This document shows positions 9,698-18,913 of a stretch of DNA of 64,000 nt, piece by piece. The stretch's first letter is position 1. Each line of letters begins with the position of its first letter. The stretch is from Desulfobacterales bacterium (GTDB lineage: Bacteria; Desulfobacterota; Desulfobacteria; Desulfobacterales; UBA2174), in NCBI GenBank assembly GCA_963668645.2, contig CAXXWC010000018.1, positions 384,001 to 448,000 on the forward strand. The letters are read 5' to 3'. Below the pieces are notes generated by a model. It saw nothing but the letters and a program-made list of their open reading frames with translations, was not told the origin of the DNA and did no database searches. The position numbers were made by a program, and so were the translations under genes.

Positions 9698-9826
9698 CAG
9701 GCGGGTCTTCTGACTGTCGGATCATCCTACAGGCCGCACCTTCCCAACCCAGAGTCAGTGGCGTGGTGCGGTCTTCGTCCCCGATTTTCACGGGGTTCCC
9801 TATCAAGCTCAGCTATGAACACCTGA
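9698..9826 (-). ncRNA. Cobalamin (B12) riboswitch, internally deleted
   Basis: Minus strand has AGGTG...ATAGGGAACCCCGTGAAAATCGGGG, GCCACTG...GGGAAGG and the B12 box AGTCAGAAGACCCGCCTG. The usual GCCC-CCGC/ACTGTA segment is absent. Confidence 0.8.
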
Positions 9827-9951
9827 AATTCTCACAACCTGTTCGCAGTGCTTACTCAAAATGCAAGGAGCGCAGAGCAATAATAATCGTCTCTGCGCCC
9901 CCAACGCCTTTGCGGTCAAGGCCGATTGTTTGGGGCTAATAGGGGTTGATT

Positions 9952-10890
9952 CTACCCATCGCTCAGCTCGGCGATAACAATCAACCGGGTGGAGACGTCA
10001 CCCCAGTAAAGATCGTTGCCGATCGCCACGTACAGTTGGGCCATGGTATTCAGATTGACCGTTTTCCCCTCGATCGCCGGGACCGGGAGTTTAACCCCGG
10101 CCTGGCCGTTGAGCCACCCACCGCCGGAGATATCGCTGATGGTACGCGGCTGATCGAATTTCAGTTCGAAATTCTGCATCAAAACGGCTGCGCTTTTTAC
10201 ATCGGCTGAAAAGGTGACTGGATGGCATTTGGAAAAATCGGGGCTGCCGCTATAGCTGATATAGGTGATCGTAACTTCGTAAGCCGGCATATCTGGAATG
10301 ATGGCGAAAAGCCCCGCATCGAGACTCCCGGTGACAGTGGTGCTGTTCGTCATCTGGGCCACGCTCCCAATTTTGAAATTATTTTTTTCATCAAAGCGGA
10401 TATCGGTCCCCACGTTCAGCGAAAGAATCTCTTGTGACGGTTTGCCAAATGATAGCTCGAACCCGGAAATAAAGGGTTCCACAACATCTGGGTCCTCTCC
10501 GGAGGGATTGGGTACCGCCGGTGAAACGGTGCCGTCCTTGATGTCGTTTTCGTTTGCCAGCACCACGTCGTTTTGCGCACCGCCTGCCAGCCAGGCGATC
10601 ACCGTCACGGCGACAAAATTAAAGGTGTCGGACGGATCTAGGTCATGGCCCTGATCGTCGGTTAAGACAATCGAGGGGGATACCTTGACGGCGTTACTGC
10701 CCTGGGGTTCGGCATCCAGGTGTACGGCAAAATTGCTGATCTTCAGGTTCAGGATCTCCTTTGCCCCGGAGCGCACCTCCATGTTAAAGCCGGATAATCC
10801 CACGCTGTAGCTTTGGATGTCGCTGTCAAATTCAAACGTGGCCGATTGATTGATGCGGATCGATTTGGTTTGAAATGCCAATTGTCCCAT
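9952..10890 (-). CDS. Hypothetical beta-rich protein with three internal repeats (possibly H-type-lectin-like)
   Basis: 312-aa ORF with GAGGAGG RBS; repeats YSVGLSGFNMEV..EILNLKI / VEPFISGFELSF..EILSLNV / AAVLMQNFELKF..TISDISG. Confidence 0.6.
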   Translation of the reverse strand: MGQLAFQTKSIRINQSATFEFDSDIQSYSVGLSGFNMEVRSGAKEILNLKISNFAVHLDAEPQGSNAVKVSPSIVLTDDQGHDLDPSDTFNFVAVTVIAWLAGGAQNDVVLANENDIKDGTVSPAVPNPSGEDPDVVEPFISGFELSFGKPSQEILSLNVGTDIRFDEKNNFKIGSVAQMTNSTTVTGSLDAGLFAIIPDMPAYEVTITYISYSGSPDFSKCHPVTFSADVKSAAVLMQNFELKFDQPRTISDISGGGWLNGQAGVKLPVPAIEGKTVNLNTMAQLYVAIGNDLYWGDVSTRLIVIAELSDG

Positions 10891-11449
10891 TTGTTGCCTC
10901 CTCGTAGTTAGTTGTCGTCACCCTCCTCTACGTCATCGGTTTTCGCAGTTTCGCAGAAGCACATGGTATTTCGATCCTGGCCCGCAGCTGCAGATCTTTT
11001 TTTCAAACGGGTTAGCATAAAATCGAGGAATAAAGAGTCGGCTTTTTCAGATGAGAGCAGGGGGAGAGGTCGGGATTCGGACCTTCCGCTTAGGGAAATG
11101 CCCTTCCGGATATCAGTAGCAGCAGAACTCCGACGAAGAAACAGCAATAATGTATTTTAATATCAGGATCAAGGGAAAAATAAGAATACTGAATATTTAT
11201 AAAATTAAGTTCTGGGTTTTTGCTTTTTGCGCTGTTCATTATGCATCATGCTATCTGCCTGTACAGCTGTAATAGCAGGGAATTGGCGGATCTCTCCTTG
11301 AAGCAGCCCGTATCAACTTCTTCATAATAAATAAAGTCTTTATTAAATTAAATAGATCAAATTATCATTGACTTAAGTAGATGGGTCTGGTATTGCCTTC
11401 GCGATCCAATGATCCAAACCAAATCCATGCTGGTCTTATACCAGGTTGG

Positions 11450-11630
11450 CGTATTCAATTGGCGATTAACCGCCTTCAGGGAAAAATTACGATGGTCGTG
11501 ATTGCCCATCGGCTTCCCCACTATCCGGAATGCCGATCAGGTTGTTGTTATTGATCAGGGCCGGATTTTGGAGCTTGGTCCATGGGACGTGGTTCGTTAT
11601 GGCCGGGAAAAGAGGCTTTCTTTGTCTTAG
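11450..11630 (+). pseudogene. 3' remnant of an ABC exporter ATPase (probable lasso D-type transporter), frameshifted
   Basis: RIQLAINRLQGKITMVVIAHRL, frameshift in CTTCCCCA near 11515, then TIRNADQVVVIDQGRILELG; no 5' part. Confidence 0.75.
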
Positions 11631-11682
11631 GATGTCGTTTTGAAAATATAAACTGCCTTTCAGGACATGGGGTTTTATATAA

Positions 11683-12576
11683 ATGGGCTACTGTTACAAT
11701 GTCTTCGGGTTAACCATAAAATCCGAGATTGAGTTTCATGATCTCATGATTCCAGAAGCCGAGCCGGATGTCGTGATTCAATACGGCCGGGTTCCGGATA
11801 AATTAAAAACCCCGAGGGCAAGAGGCGTCCGTTTCGAGGCATCGCCCGGTGAGTTTCTTTTAAGAATCGACAATGTGGCACGCTATTACGTCAGTAAGGG
11901 CAACCGCATAAACATAGAGCCGGAAAATACGGGTCATGAACAGGATATACGTCTTTTTCTCATGGGCTCGGCCATGGGGGCCTTACTGCATCAGCGCAAC
12001 ATTTTGCCTGTTCACGGGAGTGCTGTGGCGGTCAATGGAAAAGGCGTCGTTTTTACCGGTCCTTCGGGTGTCGGCAAATCGACCCTGGCCGCGGGTTTCC
12101 ATAAACAGGGCCACCCGCTGGTGGCAGACGACATTTGCGCGATATCGACGGGAAAAAACGACCGGACCATGTTGATCCCTGGCCTTCCTTGTCTCAAGCT
12201 GTGGCACGATACCCTGAAAATACTGGATGCCTGTTCAGACAATTTGAAGCCCGTGCGCCATAACCGGAAGATCAAGAAGTATTATCTGCCCGCAGAGGCT
12301 ATATGCGATGCGCCTCTTCCTGTCAGTTCGATTTTTGGTCTTGAAACCACAAATCATGATCAATTCAAGATAACAACTTTGAACGGGATGGATAAAATTC
12401 AACCTCTTATCCGAAACACCTTTCGCAAGAATTTCCTGGAAGGGCTGAGCGGAAAGGAAAAGCATTTCGAGACCTGCGCGAGGATTGCATCGGAGGTGTC
12501 CATCTTCACCGTGATGCGACCCAGAAGCCCTTTTTTGCTTGACGAGCTCATGGAACTTGTGGGGGAGAAATTGTAA
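11683..12576 (+). CDS. HPr-kinase-like protein (paeninodin PadeK-type lasso peptide kinase)
   Basis: YNVFGLTIKSE, LFLMGSAMGALLHQR...VHGSAV, Walker A GPSGVGKST, LVADD. Confidence 0.85.
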   Translation: MGYCYNVFGLTIKSEIEFHDLMIPEAEPDVVIQYGRVPDKLKTPRARGVRFEASPGEFLLRIDNVARYYVSKGNRINIEPENTGHEQDIRLFLMGSAMGALLHQRNILPVHGSAVAVNGKGVVFTGPSGVGKSTLAAGFHKQGHPLVADDICAISTGKNDRTMLIPGLPCLKLWHDTLKILDACSDNLKPVRHNRKIKKYYLPAEAICDAPLPVSSIFGLETTNHDQFKITTLNGMDKIQPLIRNTFRKNFLEGLSGKEKHFETCARIASEVSIFTVMRPRSPFLLDELMELVGEKL

Positions 12577-13433
12577 TGAAAGGGATCATATGGCTGGCGT
12601 CTTATCCAAAATCCGGCAATACCTGGTTCAGGATATTTCTGGCCAACCTGAAAGGAGACCAGAAAACGCCTGTTGATATAAATGCATTGGAAGGCTCCCC
12701 AATTGCAAGCGCAAGAAGCATATTCGATTATAACGTCGGGATCGAGGCCTCGGACCTGGATTTTGATGAGATTGATCGGTTAAGGCCTGAAGTATATCAA
12801 CACATGGCGGAAAAGTCCGAAGAAACACTGTTCATGAAGGTCCATGACGCCTATATTCATGTGAATGAAAATAGGCTGTTATTCCCCTTGGGAGCGACGT
12901 CCGGGGCTGTTTACCTGATTCGCAATCCCTTGGATGTCGCGGTCTCCTTTGCGTATCATTTAAATGTTGATTATGACACTGTCATTTCAAGAATGGCAGA
13001 TGAAAACCACAGCTTTTGTGATCACAATGATAGGCTTCAGAACCAACTTCGCCAGCAGCTTCTTTCATGGAGCGGTCATGTCCTGAGCTGGACAAGGGCC
13101 AAAATTCCGATTTGTGTTCTGAGATATGAAGACATGAAACAAAATCCGGTTGAGACCTTTAAAATGGCGGTTCGGTTTTTAAAGCTTACCCAAGAAGAAA
13201 ATCGAATCAAAAGTGCTTTGACATTAAGTACATTTGAAGAATTGCAGCGCCAGGAAAAAAAAATGGGTTTCAGGGAAAAAAGTCCGGAAACTGAAATGTT
13301 TTTCAGGCGAGGTGAGGTAGGAGCTTGGAGAGATGAGTTAACAGGTGGGCAGGCAAGACGAATAATTATGGATCATGGAAAAGTCATGCGAAGTTTCGGT
13401 TATCTGAATCAACAAAACCATGTAGTCTTTTAA
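12576..13433 (+). CDS. PAPS-dependent sulfotransferase (Sulfotransfer_1/aryl sulfotransferase type)
   Basis: WLASYPKSGNTW (5'-PSB), YLIRNPLDVAVS (3'-PB), FFRRGEVGAW; coupled to the kinase by a TAATG overlap. Confidence 0.9.
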   Translation: MKGIIWLASYPKSGNTWFRIFLANLKGDQKTPVDINALEGSPIASARSIFDYNVGIEASDLDFDEIDRLRPEVYQHMAEKSEETLFMKVHDAYIHVNENRLLFPLGATSGAVYLIRNPLDVAVSFAYHLNVDYDTVISRMADENHSFCDHNDRLQNQLRQQLLSWSGHVLSWTRAKIPICVLRYEDMKQNPVETFKMAVRFLKLTQEENRIKSALTLSTFEELQRQEKKMGFREKSPETEMFFRRGEVGAWRDELTGGQARRIIMDHGKVMRSFGYLNQQNHVVF

Positions 13434-13464
13434 TAGTGTTATTATATTCAAAAACGGAGGCTAC

Positions 13465-13755
13465 ATGACAGATATCTTGAAGATTAATCCGAAAACTCGG
13501 ATCTCGAGGAATGAGGAGCATGTGTCCGCTGAAATAGATGGTGAAACCGTTCTTATGAGCATTCAAAATGGGAAATACTATGGCATGGATGATATTGGAA
13601 CCCGCATATGGAAACTTTTGTCGGAACCGATTACTTTTATGGAATTAATCTCAATTCTGGCTAAAGAGTTTGAGGGGGACATGGGGCAGATTCGGTCTAA
13701 TACCCAGACTTTTTTAAGAGCTCTAAAAGAGGAAAGACTGATTCGATTTTTTTAA
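13465..13755 (+). CDS. PqqD-family RiPP recognition element (lasso B1/E protein)
   Basis: AEIDGETVLMSIQNGKYYGMDDIGTRIWKLL...FLRALKEERLI; GGAGG RBS. Confidence 0.92.
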   Translation: MTDILKINPKTRISRNEEHVSAEIDGETVLMSIQNGKYYGMDDIGTRIWKLLSEPITFMELISILAKEFEGDMGQIRSNTQTFLRALKEERLIRFF

Positions 13756-13769
13756 TATTTGAGGAAATA

Positions 13770-15629
13770 ATGCAGATTAATAATAACCATTACTTGCCCA
13801 TTATTAAATGCCGACGACCGGTCGATAACGACGGAAAGCAAACATATCTGAGAAAGGTCTGTGGTGTTTCCCTGATCCGGATACTGGCCGAGCGATTGAA
13901 AAGGGTAGGGGATATATCCACGCCTGTTATGATATTGCATCAGGAAGAGCCGGAGACTGTGAGAGAAGCAAAAGGATTCGGCTGGATACCCCTGATAAAA
14001 AACCGTTGGCGGTTCAAAAATTTTTTAGCCCTGCCTGAATTTTTCAAATCCGACTATTTTCTTCTGTTCGATCTTGATTTTCCCTTTATTGATCCGGACA
14101 TTTTAAAATCTGTCATCAGCCGGATTCAGAAGGATACGTTTTCTGGTCTTTTTTCTCATCGCTATTCAGGCTTTTCTCCTGTGGCAGTAGTCAGAAAAAA
14201 AGAGGCATTGCTGGGTGTCTTAAAAAAATATAAATATCCTGATAATGTAGGTTGGCTCAGGTGCGTTGAAGATCTCATACCAGAGGGAAAAAGTGATAAG
14301 ATATCCATTCAAAGACCGGTGCTTTCCCATTGCCTTCGTTCGGATACGGTCAATTCCAAGATAATAGAGATCCTGGGGGGGCTAGGAGTCACCCTGGAAT
14401 CCATTTTGGTAGCAGAGGAAAGCGGGGAAATTGATACGGACAGAATTCTGAAAATTTCTCGAGACCGCCTTTATCAACGAATGCAGCATTCCAGTGCCCC
14501 GCACTGGGCCAACAGGGATCTAATACAATTTGAGTCCAGGCATGCCATCACCGAGGTCAGATCCTTTCCGATGGATCTCGCTATTACGATTACAGGGGCA
14601 TGTAGTGCCCGTTGCCTATTTTGTAATTACAAGCCAGGATATTACCAGAGCCACGACCATTTTACCCTCCAAGATTTTAAGAAGATGACCTGGTTGAAGT
14701 ATTTATCCAAACTCGGTCTGGGAGGAGGTGTGGGCGATCCCCTTGCTCATCCGGGATTTCTGAAAATATTTCATCACCTTAGAGAAGCCTATCCCCATCT
14801 CCTGCTCCGGGTTATCACCAACGGTATACTGATGAATCGAGAAATCCGTGAAGCATTTTCAAACAGTCTTTCAAGACTCCGGATTTCCATGAATGCTGCA
14901 ACTAAAGAAACATACAAAAAGATCATGAGAATCGATAATTTCGATAAGCTCTGCCGATCAGTCTCCCAGCTTTCCCGATTAAAGCGGAAGATGAAAACAG
15001 ATAAACCTGAAATTATTTTGATGATGGTGGTAAACCGGCTAAACGCCCACGAAGTTGTCCGGTTTGTCGAACTATCCCATAGACTTGGGGTACAGGCAGT
15101 AAACTTCTCCCACTTCGCAAAAGTTGTTATGACCCAAAGCGATATGCCAATGGAGGATTCTCTCTATTCAGATCAAAAGTATTCCGATTTACAGCTTGGC
15201 AGGGCTGAGAAACGAGCCAAAGCGCTGGGCTTGGGCCTATCGCGGCCCTCAGCCTTCACCGAAAAAGGATGTCTATGTTTTCAGGGCGAACGCTTTATGA
15301 AAGTCCCTGAAATGTGCTATTTCCCATGGACCACGGCCTATCTTGTAAAAAGTCGCACCCCCCCCTATACAGATAGACTGCAATTCTGTTGCGTGGGGGT
15401 TGAAAGCGCCATTTCTTATAAGAGAGAGAGCCTTAGTACGGAAAATTTTGTAAAACTATGGAATCATCCTTATCTTCAACATTACCGTAAAACAGTTAAT
15501 AGCAGTCAAAAGAATCCTGTATGCCGTTTTTGCAGAACCGTGGATCAGGCTGATCCCAATAACTATGAATTTTGCAGCAAGATGCGTTCAGGCGGTTTTA
15601 TAGACACATCGTATCAGGTTGCACACTGA
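13770..15629 (+). CDS. Radical SAM protein with SPASM/Twitch C-terminus and N-terminal cytidylyltransferase(SpsF)-like domain
   Basis: CSARCLFC (CxxxCxxC), GGVGDP, TNGIL, CYFPW...FCC...LWN...CRFC; N-terminal LRKVCGVSLI...DFPFIDPDIL. Confidence 0.8.
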   Translation: MQINNNHYLPIIKCRRPVDNDGKQTYLRKVCGVSLIRILAERLKRVGDISTPVMILHQEEPETVREAKGFGWIPLIKNRWRFKNFLALPEFFKSDYFLLFDLDFPFIDPDILKSVISRIQKDTFSGLFSHRYSGFSPVAVVRKKEALLGVLKKYKYPDNVGWLRCVEDLIPEGKSDKISIQRPVLSHCLRSDTVNSKIIEILGGLGVTLESILVAEESGEIDTDRILKISRDRLYQRMQHSSAPHWANRDLIQFESRHAITEVRSFPMDLAITITGACSARCLFCNYKPGYYQSHDHFTLQDFKKMTWLKYLSKLGLGGGVGDPLAHPGFLKIFHHLREAYPHLLLRVITNGILMNREIREAFSNSLSRLRISMNAATKETYKKIMRIDNFDKLCRSVSQLSRLKRKMKTDKPEIILMMVVNRLNAHEVVRFVELSHRLGVQAVNFSHFAKVVMTQSDMPMEDSLYSDQKYSDLQLGRAEKRAKALGLGLSRPSAFTEKGCLCFQGERFMKVPEMCYFPWTTAYLVKSRTPPYTDRLQFCCVGVESAISYKRESLSTENFVKLWNHPYLQHYRKTVNSSQKNPVCRFCRTVDQADPNNYEFCSKMRSGGFIDTSYQVAH

Positions 15630-15631
15630 TC

Positions 15632-16231
15632 TTAAAACTGATACCCGAAAAACTCAATATCTTTGCGGCACTGACTGCGGACGATCCTTTCGGATTCACC
15701 ACTGTAATAGCACTGGTAGGCGTCGTGTGCCGTTCGGTTGATCCGGGGGATTTGCCCGGCTTTAATGTTGATGGAGGAAAAAATATCTCGCAGGTCGGTC
15801 TCGAAGCTCTCATGCCGGCCGATTCGGCTGACGAGCAAATCACCATTGGTGTCACACAGGTAATCGAGCTGATTCGTAAATGGACACAGACCGTTGGAAT
15901 TTAGTCTTTTTGGCCCAACCCAATAGCGAATGAATTCATCGAAATTCGTGATCGGGTTTGCGCTGTTATTCAATGCGGCGCCCTGGCGAATCAACGCATA
16001 CCAAGAGACCCATCTTTCCCAAGGGTTTCTTACGAATGCGAAAGAATAGTAATCCTGAAATCTTGGCCATAGTCTATTGCGGGCGCTTGCAATCGGCTCG
16101 TGCTGTCCCAAAAACGGAATCGAGTCCGGCAGGAGCTGAAGCAGCAGATTGGTGATGGTGGTCCCGCCTGTCCGATGGAGATGGACAAACAATATTTTTT
16201 TTTGAGTACAGAGAATCATCGCAGTAACCAC
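15632..16231 (-). CDS. Sulfotransferase family 2 protein
   Basis: LFVHLHRTGGTTI, FAFVRNPWERWVSWY, DIEFFGYQF. Confidence 0.85.
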   Translation of the reverse strand: MVTAMILCTQKKILFVHLHRTGGTTITNLLLQLLPDSIPFLGQHEPIASARNRLWPRFQDYYSFAFVRNPWERWVSWYALIRQGAALNNSANPITNFDEFIRYWVGPKRLNSNGLCPFTNQLDYLCDTNGDLLVSRIGRHESFETDLRDIFSSINIKAGQIPRINRTAHDAYQCYYSGESERIVRSQCRKDIEFFGYQF

Positions 16232-16527
16232 TAAAATGTTAAGCTCAATAACTAACGGGCATCTTTCTTTTCCAGAGATATTTTAGCCGCCTGAGGTCTT
16301 ATTTCAAGCGAAAATGTAAAAAAAAGGGAAGTTAAGTGTATCAGAAAAAACGTATTTACCTGTTTTTAATGTTATATCCCTGAAATCAAAGGGTTGTGGG
16401 GTTGACAGGAGGGATGATTTGCTCTATTTATGCAATGTTGTAACGTTATCCGGCTCCCAGAGAGTAGAGTGGCTGTATTCACTGCCATCATTTATAGGCA
16501 ACTATTCAAACAGGAGGTAACCGGCAA

Positions 16528-16746
16528 ATGAATAATAGATCTGCATTATTAACAAGAGAAGTATCGGAAACTCATAAAGCCAAGTCATCCAGTGTCTCCC
16601 CTGAAGCGTTTTCATGCGGCATCATGAATGCTTCTCTGCGCAAATGTTGGCGCTCCCCAGTATTCAAACAGTTGGATGCAGCAGGGACGAGTACAACCAC
16701 TTCATTTGGAGCAGATGCTGCTTCTCCTCCATATGAAGCCAGTTGA
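16528..16746 (+). CDS. Putative lasso peptide precursor (paeninodin-like)
   Basis: AGGAGG RBS; leader motif WRSPVFKQLDAAGT-S; candidate core TTTSFGADAASPPYEAS with Asp8 and C-terminal Ser; adjacent to the cyclase. Confidence 0.75.
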   Translation: MNNRSALLTREVSETHKAKSSSVSPEAFSCGIMNASLRKCWRSPVFKQLDAAGTSTTTSFGADAASPPYEAS

Positions 16747-16876
16747 AAGGCCGGCCCTTAGGATTAACAAGGGGATGGCAAAGCTGTTTTTCAGACATTT
16801 TCCTGTTCCAGATTTTATCTTCGAGGCCAATCCGTAAAATCCGCCAAGCTTTTAGGGAACTGGCCGGAGGGGACAT

Positions 16877-18796
16877 TCACCGTGCATAATGCTCCAGAAA
16901 GTATATCAGATAAATACTCAGAGGAACGGCGTGCATACAGGCAAAATCGACCGTACGGTTGCAGCGGTTGGATTGCATGGTAAAGCCAAGCATGTGCTGG
17001 AGTCTGTCCAGATCAACGATTTCATTGACTACCGGATTACGCCTGGCCCGCTGGACGATTTTAAACGCTAAATGTTTTTGGCGGTTGTATCGATCGTGAA
17101 AATCCGGTGAAAAGGGATTCTTATCAATTCGAAAGCGCAGCGGATCCGGAACAATCCCCTTCATGGCCACGCGGATGAGATATCGGGAATATCCGTTTCT
17201 TACCTTCATGCTCCCGGGAACTGCCAGACAAAATTCCAGAACCCGCCGGTCCATTAAGGGGGAAGTCATGCAAACTCGATGGAACCCTACAAATCCGCCT
17301 CCCTGCCGGCCCCTCTGCCGGTTTGATAAAGCTTTCAACTGATTGACTCGGTGATTCGGCCAGATGCGTCGAAATGAAAAGGATTGTCTCTGTAAGTGCT
17401 TCCATCTCTTTCCGAACAGGTTTTTAAAAAAATCCTCACGTAACGGCATCAACCGCTGAATCTGATCGGTATCATACGTCGGTTTGATATGACGGGTAAG
17501 TCCGAAAGGGATAAGAGGGTGCATAACCTCTGCCCGGAAAAGGCCTGCGACCCTGCGGTCTTCCCTCTCGGCGCGCAGCCGGATTTCCCTGGTCAGGGTG
17601 TGCCATTTGCCTTGAAGCAACAGCTCCGCATAATAACCCCTCCCGTGAAAACTGGGGCCGGATTCCCCCCCCTCTCCGGTTAAAAAGACACGTCCTTTAA
17701 AAGGACGGGCCCTTTCGGCAAAGGCCGTATATAGGAAGTGGCGGGACGTAAAAAAAGGATGGTCCCCGACCGTGATCAATGATTCAAGGTCATCAAAAGG
17801 ACCTCGCCAGGGGTCACTGATATATTCGATATCTATCCCATGGCCGTTTTTCAGCAGGTCGATATAGCAACGTTCATCCGTACCGCTTCCCCGGTATTCA
17901 GGAGGCAGAATCGCTGAAAAGGCCTTGATCCCCCCCCCTTTTTTCTTCATAAGATGGGCGGCCGTAGCGGTTACTGCTGTAGAGTCAAGCCCCCCGCTGT
18001 AGAGGGATATTACGGGAAAGGCGCTTCGAAGCCGCGCTGAAACGGCCTTCTCAAAAATTTCCCGGAAGGCCTCTGCGTACAGGTTTTCATCAGCCAAATA
18101 TATCCGTTTGGCAGGATCCGGACGCCAGTAAACCTCTTTTTGAATTCTGTTTCGGTTCACGCTTATCAGAGTGGCGCCCGGTATGATCCTGATGCCTTTG
18201 AAAAAGGTGGTTTCCGGTTCCATATGGCGCAGGGCCGGTATGGCCAACGAGGCGATTTTTCTCTGGTTGACGACCCGCGGAACATCCTTCACGGCATGGA
18301 TCGCCTTTATTTCAGATGCAAATATGAAGGTTTCCGACGTATGATAATAACAAAGCGGGCACATCCCCAAGGAGTCCGTGGCGATGATGAGTTCCTGTGA
18401 GAGCCCGTCCCAGAGGGCAAAGGCAAATTCTCCTAATAAATGATTGAGAAAATTTTTGCCCCATCGCTCATAGGCCTTAAGGATGAACAGGCTGTCAGGC
18501 ATGCTGTTTTCTTGCCAGGAGGGGATGCCCAGTTTGTGAAAAAGCTCCTTTCGGTTATCGATTCGGGCATCGGCAGTGATGGCCATATTCCGTTTGGCAT
18601 CATAATGGGGGAGCTCTTCCTTTAACGACTCCGGTGTGATGTGGAGCATCAGGTGGCCCAGAGCCACATTGTTTTTACGCCAGACACCGCTGCCATCAAC
18701 TCCCCGATGGGCAAGAGCCGTCACCATGGCCTGGAGGGTTTCTTCGGAAACCGGACGATCATCGAAATAGAAAATACCGCAGATTGCGCTCATCAT
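16877..18796 (-). CDS. Asparagine-synthetase-like lasso cyclase (C protein)
   Basis: MSAICG start (Cys not at position 2), ITADARIDNR, LLGEFAFALWD, SGGLDS, LTGEGG, PLMDRRVLEFCLAVP, RYLIRVAMKGIVP. Confidence 0.88.
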   Translation of the reverse strand: MMSAICGIFYFDDRPVSEETLQAMVTALAHRGVDGSGVWRKNNVALGHLMLHITPESLKEELPHYDAKRNMAITADARIDNRKELFHKLGIPSWQENSMPDSLFILKAYERWGKNFLNHLLGEFAFALWDGLSQELIIATDSLGMCPLCYYHTSETFIFASEIKAIHAVKDVPRVVNQRKIASLAIPALRHMEPETTFFKGIRIIPGATLISVNRNRIQKEVYWRPDPAKRIYLADENLYAEAFREIFEKAVSARLRSAFPVISLYSGGLDSTAVTATAAHLMKKKGGGIKAFSAILPPEYRGSGTDERCYIDLLKNGHGIDIEYISDPWRGPFDDLESLITVGDHPFFTSRHFLYTAFAERARPFKGRVFLTGEGGESGPSFHGRGYYAELLLQGKWHTLTREIRLRAEREDRRVAGLFRAEVMHPLIPFGLTRHIKPTYDTDQIQRLMPLREDFFKNLFGKRWKHLQRQSFSFRRIWPNHRVNQLKALSNRQRGRQGGGFVGFHRVCMTSPLMDRRVLEFCLAVPGSMKVRNGYSRYLIRVAMKGIVPDPLRFRIDKNPFSPDFHDRYNRQKHLAFKIVQRARRNPVVNEIVDLDRLQHMLGFTMQSNRCNRTVDFACMHAVPLSIYLIYFLEHYAR

Positions 18797-18913
18797 TCAG
18801 TTCGAAGCTTTATAGTTACTCTTTGTATTTAGATAAAAACCCGTTTCCGGAGAGCTTCAAGGATTCGGAAACGGGGATAAAACGTGGGCCGTTTTGATCG
18901 CCTGTCGCAGGTG

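Noticed and set aside
16877..18796. Housekeeping asparagine synthetase AsnB
   Set aside because: Lacks the catalytic Cys at position 2 (MSAICG) and sits with an RRE, kinase and precursor
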